Source: Saprolegnia diclina VS20
Taxonomy: Eukaryota
Assembly: GCF_000281045.1 (NCBI RefSeq)
Contig: NW_008246080.1
Location: 257,844 to 321,843 of the forward strand
Direction: 5' to 3'
DNA length: 64,000 nucleotides
In this document: positions 24,301 through 33,300 of the stretch, piece by piece
Position numbering within the stretch: position 1 is the stretch's first letter
How the letters are laid out: every line of letters starts with the position of its first letter
Translations under genes and position numbers: made by a program
Notes under the pieces: generated by a model
What the model saw: the letters and a program-made list of their open reading frames with translations, nothing else
The model's database searches: none
Told to the model about the DNA's origin: nothing

Positions 24301-27300
24301 GGCAACGACTCGTACAACAACGAGTGGGGCTGGAACCCGTCGACTGACGATGGATTCTCGACGACACCGCCCGCCTCGGACACGTGCGTTGCGCCAACAG
24401 ACGTCGCTACGGCGCCAGAAGATAGCGCGGACGCCGCTTCGTTGTTTGCGTATGCATCGCCAGCGTTCGACCAGCCGCAGCAAGAGCAACTCGACACGAC
24501 GCCTTTTGACGCGCACTCGGCGTCGTCCCTGTTTGGGCATTCGGCCGTCGACGGCAGCGGGTTTGGCGGCGATGAGCCCGTGTACGATGCTTCACCCCGC
24601 GGCGACCAGCATCACTTTGGCGCGTCCCACGACCCGTGGTTCCCGCAACAGAGCGATGCGTCGGCAGACGTTGGCGAGGCCTACTATGGGTCGGCGGCCA
24701 TTGGGCTGGCGCCGCCGGTCGCCGAAGACACGGCGGCATCGTCGCTGTTTGCCGGCGCAAGCGACGATGCTGCGGCGTCGTTCAGTCACGCGCCCGTCGA
24801 CAACAGCGCCGACAGCCTCTTTGCAACCTCGCCGGACGCTCAAGACGTGTCGAGTCTGTTTGGCGCCTCGGCCGACAACCACGGCTTTGACGCTGGGTTT
24901 GAAGAGCACACGTATGACTACGGCGCTGCCCAGCACGAGCACGCGTCTATTGCGCAAAACCACTTTGAGCAGGCGGCGCCCCACGAGCAATACCATCACG
25001 ACGCGTACAACTACGAAGGACATGCGTACGGGGAGTCGACGGCCTTTGACGCGCCACCGATGGCTGGTTTTGATGCCGCAGCGCCGGGGTACGACGCGCC
25101 AGCCCCACTGTATGAAGCTCCTGCTCCGGTGTACGAGGCACCCGATCCGGTGTACGATGCTCCCGAGCCGGTGTACGATGCTCCCGAGCCGGTGTACGAT
25201 GCTCCCGAGCCGGTGTACGATGCTCCAGAGCAGGCGTATGACGCTCCGGCTCCGGTGTACGAGGCACCCGCGCCGGTAGAGGAAGCACCCGCGCCGGTGC
25301 ATGAAGCGCAGGCACCGATGTACGAAGCTTCCGTGCATGCAACATCGTTTGATGCTCCACCAGCGTCGAACGCGAGCCCGGCATACGAGACACCAGTGGT
25401 TGCATCGACAATGCCGGTTTCAACGCCAGCGCCTGGCGTGTCGACACCGGCGCCAAAGACTGTCGTGGCCGCGCCTCGCTCGTTGCCGACAGCCTTTGCA
25501 GCGGCTCCGCCGTCGGTCACGTCCCCCGTGGTCGAGACGCCTTTTGTCTTTACGGGGCGTCCCGAGTCATACAGCGATATTCCCGACTACCCCGACTACG
25601 ACGGCAGCGCGGAGGTTGCTGCGCCGACCGCACCACTGCGTCTCGAGCTCGAGGCCGACGACGATGACGACGTACCGATGGCCGACTCGCTCTTTTCGCC
25701 GACCAATGGCACAGAGATTACGTTTGCGACCTTTGACGCGGCACCGAGTGGCTTTGGGCCGCCGAGCATGGGCTTTAGCTCTGTGCCGACGGCGTTTGGG
25801 ACCCCGGCGTCCATTCACGAGCGACCCGCGCCGTTGTCGTACAGCAGTGCACCCATCGATGCGCATGTCGGTAGCTCCGCGCCAATTTGTCATATCGAGA
25901 ACGCCAGCGTCGTCGCCGCCAAGCCAACTTTGCCGACGCCCTCGCACAATGACGAGCCGAGCCACGATGCGGCCGAATTGTTCGAGTCAGCGCCCGATGC
26001 AACCGGTTTCGGTGCTGCGGCATCCGCGTTCGACGCCCCGTCTGCGTTTGACGCCCCGTCTGCGTTTGACGCCCCATCTGCATTCGACGCCCCGTCTGCG
26101 TTTGATGCACCCTCTGGCTTTGACGAGGCGCCTCAGTTTGGCGAGTCGGCGATGGCGGATCCGTTTGCTGCGTCGTACCAGCAGTCGACGTATTCTCCGC
26201 GCGGAGTGCAGACTGCGGCTACCTACGGCGCTCAAGGCGCGCCCTTTCACCAACACCAGGCCGCGTACCAGCAGCCCGCAGCCGCGTACCAGCAGCCCGC
26301 AGCCGCATACCAGCAACCTGCAGCCGCGTATCCGCAGCCAACACCAGTGCCCTACCAGCAGCCGGCGGCGACGTATCCGCAGCAAGCGGCGCCAGTGCCG
26401 TTCCAGCAGCCATTGCCGACGCCGTACCAACAGCCCGCGCCGGTTGGCTACACGGCGCCGCAAGCGTCGTACCAGCAGCAATCGTACGCGACAAGCGCCA
26501 ACGCGTACGGTCAACCCGCTGGCTATGCACAGCCGTCGTACACGCCCGAGGCAGCACCCGCGTACGCGCCAGCGCCGGCGGCGTACGGGCACCAGCCTGG
26601 CCATGCACCTTTGGCCAGCAAGCCCAAGAAGCCGTCGTTCTTTGTGCCCAAAGCGCAAGCCGCGCCAACGACATCGTCGTCGTACGAGCCCGCACCGCCG
26701 CAAATGAGTCGTGCGCTCAAGAAGCAGTACCAAGCACCGTCAACAACGACGCCGACGACGGCGCCTGTGCCCTCCAAGGCGCCGGTGCGGACGAGTCCGT
26801 CGTACAAGGATCCGCGGGTGCTGCCGCCGTCGGCGCTGGTGACGTTTGGCTTTGGCGGCACGATCGCGGCCATGTTTCCCAAGCGCAAGCTCAAGCTCAA
26901 CCATTTTGCGCCGCGCAACAGTCCTCGGCCAACGTGCGTTGTTGATACATAGTTGATACATTTGTCTCATTGGGAGATGTAGGGCGCACCAAGCGTCATT
27001 CGATGAGCCCGTGGACGACGGCGAGTTGCGCAAGGGCCCGATCGTGCTGTACACGATGGACCAGCTGCACCCCAAGGACGCGTACTGGCAGCGCATCCAA
27101 GCCTTCCCAGGCCCGCTCGCGCAGCCATCGACGACTGACGACGCCGTCTTGTACGTCTGCATGCATACATCACAGTGGACTCACTTGGTTGCTGTAGAAA
27201 GTACTTGCAGAGCCAAGGGGCGTTGGCCGTCAGCGACGACGCCAAGCTTCTGTGGGAACTCGTCGAGGTGTTTGTCAAGACGCACGGTCGCATTGCGACC

Positions 27301-29395
27301 CGCGACGCCCAAGCCCCCGAGATCCTCGTCTTGCAGCTGCTTCAAAACACCCTCGCCCGGCGGCCGACATTGTCGCACGACGTCCACACGCCATCGATCG
27401 TCGCCGTACGCTGACTCCCAAAGTGTTACAGGTATCACGTTTCTTCGACTAGTCGCCCGACGCGTCGCACCGAATGCGTCAGCTGCTGCTCGCCGGCGAC
27501 CGCCAAGGTGCGATCGAGGTTGCGACGGCCGCCAACATGTGGCCGCAAGCGATGCTGCTTGCGTCGTTTGTCGATCCCGAGGCGTACAAGGTATATATAT
27601 CGCATTGCGATCCATTGAACATACAAGTTTGTAGGCGGTCGTCCAAGCTTTTGTCGCGAGTCAATATACGCCGGCCGACCCGCTCCGGTCGCTCCTCTTG
27701 CTCTTTGGCGACTTGGGCGAGAAGAGCGTGCAAGAACCCGTGCCGTTGAACGCGGCGGCGTCGACGTCGGCCGCGTCACCGCTGCTCGCTAATTGGCTCT
27801 CGCACGTGGTGATGTGGATCGCCAACCCGACTAAGGACACGAACGCGGCGCTCTTGAGCCTCGGCGACCGCCTTGCGACCGAAGCGCAGAACGTGTACGC
27901 CGCGCACGTGTGCTATCTCTTGGCCGGCGCGCCGCTCGAAGCTCCGTCGCCGAGTGCCCGGCTCGTGCTCCTCGGTGGCGCGCACTCGGAGGCGCGGTCG
28001 TTTGTGCGGCCCGAGACGATCCACTTGACAGAAGTCGTCGAGCACGTGACCAAGCCGTCGCTGCTCATGCCGCTGCAGGGCTATAAGTACATTTATGCGT
28101 CGCTGCTCGCGGACCTCGGGCGCTGCGACGACGCGTACAAGTACGTGGACGCGATGCGCAAGCAGTTGGAAGCGATCGGCGCCAAGCAAAAGCTGTCGCC
28201 GTACCTCGACAATGTCAAGCTCCAGCTTGACGTCCTCGAAGACCGACTCAAGTTGCATCTGGGCCAAGACCGCGTCGAAGCCGCGGCCGTGAAGGAGTCC
28301 AAGGGCCTCTTTGCGTCGCTCCGCGCCAAGATCGACAAGAAGCTCGACGAAATGGTCAACGACGCACCGCCGCCGCCAGCGCCCACGCAGCAACATCCGT
28401 CGTCCGGCCCCCACTCGGGCCAGCAGAGCTTCCCACAGCACCTCTTCCCGCCCGCGCCAGGCTCCAACCACAGCAACTTTGGCGGGCCCGGGTCCAACCA
28501 CAGCGGACCCATGCACGGTGTGGCACCGGGCTCCAACTCGATGCGCCACCAGTCGTCGTTTGGTCCGAGTTCCAACAGCAGCCAACACCAGCAGCAACAG
28601 CAGCAGCAGCAGCAGCAGCAGCACCACCAGCAGCAACACTTTGGCCCTGGGTCGTCGTCGTCGTCGGGGGTGCTGCCACCGCGGGCACCGAGCGTCGGAC
28701 CCGTCGACGCGCCTGCCGTGGCCGCGACGCCGCACCCACCGCTGCATCGGAGCCACAGCTTTACGCAAGAGTCCAACTCGTCCAAGCTTCCGGCCGAGTC
28801 GCCGCAGCTCAAGAAGGCAGCGACGGTGGACGAGCCCAAGAAGCCCGAGCCGTCGCCGGCCAAAGCCAAGGCCAAGACACCGCCGCCGAGCAGCACCGGG
28901 TCCAAGAGCGGGCGCAGCATGTGGAGCTTTGTGCCTTCGTTGGGCATCAAGGAGTTTTTGATGAACAAGCTCGAGCCCGTCGGTGATGCAAGCGTCGTCC
29001 AGCTGCCCGACAACGAGCCGCAGCCGTACTTTGACAAGGAGAAGAACCGGTGGGTGTTTCCGTCGGCCGGTGGTGTCGACGACGCCGAGGACGAAGCACC
29101 GTCGGCGCCGCCCACGAGCTTCCCGGCCCCCGCTGCCATGTCGGCGCCCGCGTCCCAAGCCACGAACGACCCGCTCGCCGCCTTGATGGCACCGCCGAGC
29201 CGCGGGCCGTCGGCGCCGGCGTCGCACGACGGCAACCCGCTGAACGCGATGATGGCACCGCCCGCGCGCACGGGCCTCTACGGGTCGCAGCGCGGGTCGT
29301 CGCGTGCTGTGACGCGCAAGCCATCGGCACGGCCGCAGTACGCGGTCTTCAAGCCCGCGCCGTCGTCGACCGACGCGCCCGAGCCCGAGTCGTAA
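21322..29395 (+). CDS. SEC16: COPII scaffold Sec16 with a very long repetitive N-terminal region
   Basis: Sec16 central-domain motifs are VTFGFGG, FPGPL, LLLAGD..AIE.A....MWPQAMLLAS, LGDRL, AAHVCYLLAG and YK.IYA.LLADLG. The C-terminus has PYFDKEKNRWV. Short introns fall between ~26934 and 27633. Confidence 0.88.
23038..24342 (+). repeat. Eight in-frame ~72-nt modules encoding (D/E)TNPDFGGEFGNDSYNNEWGWNPS, separated by variable acidic spacers
   Basis: Modules start at 23038, 23221, 23389, 23554, 23734, 23902, 24088 and 24271. Periods are 165-186 nt and all multiples of 3. Confidence 0.95.
25090..25329 (+). repeat. 21-nt coding tandem repeat, Y(D/E)AP(E/A)PV, ~11 copies
   Basis: gtgtacgatgctcccgagccg is repeated with variants. 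Confidence 0.95.
26023..26340 (+). repeat. Coding repeats SAFDAP (18 nt, ~6 copies) and AAAYQQP (21 nt, ~4 copies)
   Basis: tctgcgtttgacgccccg and gccgcgtaccagcagcccgca units are visible. Confidence 0.9.
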
Positions 29396-29442
29396 TACGC
29401 TTACTGTAGGAAGAATAGACATTTGCTTGTACATCATCTTGC

Positions 29443-29700
29443 CTATTCCTTGGTCGTCTTGCCGAGGTCGTCGACCTTGAAGAACTTGTCGAGCTGCGCC
29501 TGCGTGTAGCGTTGCAGCTAGCATCTCCATGAGAGGCCATGGACGAGACGGCTGGCACGTACCGCGGAGAAGCAGTGGTCTTGCTGCGGCAGGCCCAACG
29601 GCGTCTTGTACTCGGTGAAGAGCACGAGCTTGACGGCGATCGCAGAGCAGAGGCCGATCGAGAAGACCTTGACGGGCTTGAAGAGGCGCTTGTCGATCAT
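29443..29700 (-). CDS. 70-aa single-pass membrane microprotein, 2 exons
   Basis: Exons 29700-29563 and 29517-29443 with a 45-nt GT-AG intron give MIDKRLFKPVKVFSIGLCSAIAVKLVLFTEYKTPLGLPQQDHCFSALQRYTQAQLDKFFKVDDLGKTTKE*. Confidence 0.7.
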
Positions 29701-30383
29701 CCTTCGAGAGCCGACCAAAAGTTAAATGTCCGGATACGAATGGCTATCCGGCGCCGCGGTTGCATTCGGCATGTGCCGAATTGAATCGTGCTCTTGACAT
29801 GCAAATCATCCTCGTCCAACACAACTGACGCACGCGCCGATCGACCTTGAGCGCATCTAGAAGAGTAGTAGCTTCTCGTCGTTGCTGGCAGTTGCGTTTG
29901 GATTCGTCTGCTTGGGTGGTCGAGCACCGAAGCCACTTTGTCGGCAACGTACGCGGTCCAGAAGAGAAGCTTTCTCTGAGGTCAGCCATAGCCAGCGTCG
30001 TCTTCAAAGAACGAGTGGCATTGGCGCCATATTGAGCTGGCGCCAAGCGGCTCACCTGCACGTTTCTTCCTGTGGCAGCGAGCTGCGTGGGATGATGCTG
30101 GACACTGGTGGACTCGAGTCCAAGTGGTCAGTCCAAGTGAAGCGAGTTTCCGCATGCAGCGCTCGATTCCTTGAGGCCGCATGGGCCACGCAGCCATACG
30201 TGCATGCATTACAAAGCTATCGTACCCGCAAACTGTACCCGCACCGACACGTCGCTTGGGCGTCGGCGGCCAAGTGGCGTGCCGAAAATACGCTACATTC
30301 GGCACGAACGTGGGATATCCGGATATCTATCCGGTCGAGTGTTGGCCCTGCGCCATCTTATATTGCGCAAGTTGCCAAACAAG

Positions 30384-33300
30384 ATGGATCGGCGGACGAG
30401 CACGTCGTCCCGGCGGCCGCCGCAGCGCCGCAGCACATCGTCGGACGGCGACCACGAGGAAGTGCGACCGGCCATCGACCATGAAGGTATCCTCGAGGCC
30501 ATGGGCAGCGTCGTCTTTGAGCTCGACGTCGACGGCGTCGTGACCTACATGAACCACCGCGCCGAGCGCGTCCTCGACTGCTACGCATCCGACAAGGTCG
30601 GTATGAGATTCGTCGATGCGTTCGTGCCGGCGACGCTCAGCGACGTGCCATTAAACCGCGCCAACATTGAGAAGCAGCTCCACGAGGTGCTCTCGCTGGC
30701 CGAGACGGTCGTCTTCCAGTGCGGGCTCAAGACCTGCGGGTCGCCGTCGAACCTCGTCGACATGCTCCTGAGCGCGGCGCCGCGCCTGGACAGCCAGCGC
30801 AACGTGCTTGGGTGCGTCCTCGTCGGTACGGACGTGACGAATCACTCGAGCGAGAAGATCTCGTCCGAGCACGTCTACTCGCGCATCTTGGAGCGGGCGA
30901 ACGCGCCGATCTTTGGCGTCGACGTGCAAGGCCGCGTCAACATTTGGAACAAAAAGGCCGCTGAGCTCACGCAGTTTACGGCCGATGAAGTGCTCGGGAA
31001 GGACCTCGTCCACGAGTTCATTGCGCCCGACTACCGCGACGCGGTCGGCGCAGTGCTCTCGCAGGCGCTCGANNNNNNNNNNNNNNNNNNNNNNNNNNNN
31101 NNNNNNNNNNNNNNNNNNNNNNNNNNNNNNNNNNNNNNNNNNNNNNNNNNNNNNNNNNNNNNNNNNNNNNNNNNNNNNNNNNNNNNNNNNNNNNNNNNNN
31201 NNNNNNNNNNNNNNNNNNNNNNNNNNNNNNNNNNNNNNNNNNNNNNNNNNNNNNNNNNNNNNNNNNNNNNNNNNNNNNNNNNNNNNNNNNNNNNNNNNNN
31301 NNNNNNNNNNNNNNNNNNNNNNNNNNNNNNNNNNNNNNNNNNNNNNNNNNNNNNNNNNNNNNNNNNNNNNNNNNNNNNNNNNNNNNNNNNNNNNNNNNNN
31401 NNNNNNNNNNNNNNNNNNNNNNNNNNNNNNNNNNNNNNNNNNNNNNNNNNNNNNNNNNNNNNNNNNNNNNNNNNNNNNNNNNNNNNNNNNNNNNNNNNNN
31501 NNNNNNNNNNNNNNNNNNNNNNNNNNNNNNNNNNNNNNNNNNNNNNNNNNNNNNNNNNNNNNNNNNNNNNNNNNNNNNNNNNNNNNNNNNNNNNNNNNNN
31601 NNNNNNNNNNNNNNNNNNNNNNNNNNNNNNNNNNNNNNNNNNNNNNNNNNNNNNNNNNNNNNNNNNNNNNNNNNNNNNNNNNNNNNNNNNNNNNNNNNNN
31701 NNNNNNNNNNNNNNNNNNNNNNNNNNNNNNNNNNNNNNNNNNGAAAAGTTCATCTCGGAAGACTACCGCAAGGCCGTCGGGTACGTGCTCTCGAAAGCAC
31801 TCAACGGCGTCGAGACGGCCAACTTTGAGTTTCCGCTCATCACCAAGACGGACCGGCGCGTCGAGATCTTGCTCAATGCGACGCCGCGCTACAATGAGCT
31901 CGGCAAGGTCATGGGCATGGTCGGGATCGGCCAAGACATTACCGAGCGCATCGCGCAGGAGCAGGAGCACTCGCGCCTCATCGACAAGGCGAACGCACCG
32001 ATCTTTGGCGTCAACACGCAAGGCTCGGTCAACATTTGGAACAAAAAGGCCGCTGAAATCACCCAGTACTCGCAGGACGAAGTCATGGGCGAGAACCTCG
32101 TGGCGACCTTTGTGAGCGAAGAGTTCCGCGAGGCGGTGAGCGAGGTCTTTGCCAAGGCGCTGACGGGCGTCGAGACGGCCAACTTTGAGTTTCCCCTTGT
32201 GACCAAGACGGACCGGCGCGTGCAAATTTTGCTCAACGCGACGCCGCGCTACAACGAGCTCGGTGACGTCATTGGTGTCGTCGGCATTGGCCAAGACATT
32301 ACCGACCGCATTGCGCAAGAGCAAGAGTATGCGCGGCTCATTGACACGGCAAACGCGCCGATCTTTGGCGTCGACTCGGAGATGCGCGTCAACATTTGGA
32401 ACAAAAAGGCGGCGCAGATCACACACTACTCGATCGCCGAGGTAGCTGTCGCAGTCCATCGCGTGCAAGATATACCAACGTGGTGGCGTAGGTCATGGGC
32501 GAGAACCTCGTCGAGACGTTCATCTCACCCGAGGTGCGGCCCAAGGTCGCCGAGGTGCTCCAGAAGGCGCTCAACGGCATCCAAACCGCCAACTTTGAGT
32601 TTCCGCTCATTACGCGGCCGGGCAGCAAGATTGAGATTCTCCTCAACGCGACGCCGCGCAACGACCTCCACGGTACATCGATTGCATCGAGTGCATGGCG
32701 TGGATCAGCATCTACTAGGCAACATTGTCGGTGTCGTCGGCATTGGCCAAGACATTACCGAGCGCATTGCGCAAGAGCAAGAGTACTCGCGGCTCATCGA
32801 CACGGCGAACGCACCGATCTTTGGTGTCGACACGCGCGGGCGCATCGTCGAGTGGAACCAAAAGATCGAGAAGCTCACGGGGTACCAGAAGGAGTCGATC
32901 TTGGGCATGTCGCTCGTCGATATGTTTATCATTGACGAGTCGCGCGAGGCTGTGCGCAAACTGCTCAACCAAGCACTGCTCGGCGTCGACGTGGGCGAGA
33001 TGGAGCTTCCGATTTTGAACAAGCAAGGTATCTTCTTGCTGCTGCTCGTGAACGCGTCGTCCAAGAAGGACCCGCACGGCAACATCCAAGGCGTGATTGG
33101 CGTCGGCCAAGACTACACGGCGCGCAAGCAGATGGAAGCAGCCAAGGTCAACTTCTTAGCGTCCTTCTCGCACGAACTGCGCACGCCGCTCAACGGTATC
33201 CTCGGCATGATGGAGCTGCTGAAGGAGATGGAGCTCGGCGCCACGCCCAAGCGCTATGTGCACATTGCGTACGTCTCTGGGTCGCTCTTGCTCAACTTGA

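Noticed and set aside
23038..24342. Repeat-spacer pattern superficially like a CRISPR array
   Set aside because: The repeats are ~72 nt, vary largely at synonymous positions, have periods divisible by 3 and lie in an open Sec16 frame. There are no cas genes and the DNA is eukaryotic.
27776..29530. Long antisense or alternate-frame ORFs (584 aa here; also 21366-22940, 23513-25279 and 33156-34427)
   Set aside because: They are shadows of GC3-rich real genes, are Arg-rich and lack domains.
30171..30383. N-terminal extension of the kinase ORF in the track, and the out-of-frame segment at 32442-32718
   Set aside because: The extension starts at a non-ATG codon in promoter-like DNA. The internal segment is explained by two introns, not a frameshift or pseudogene.
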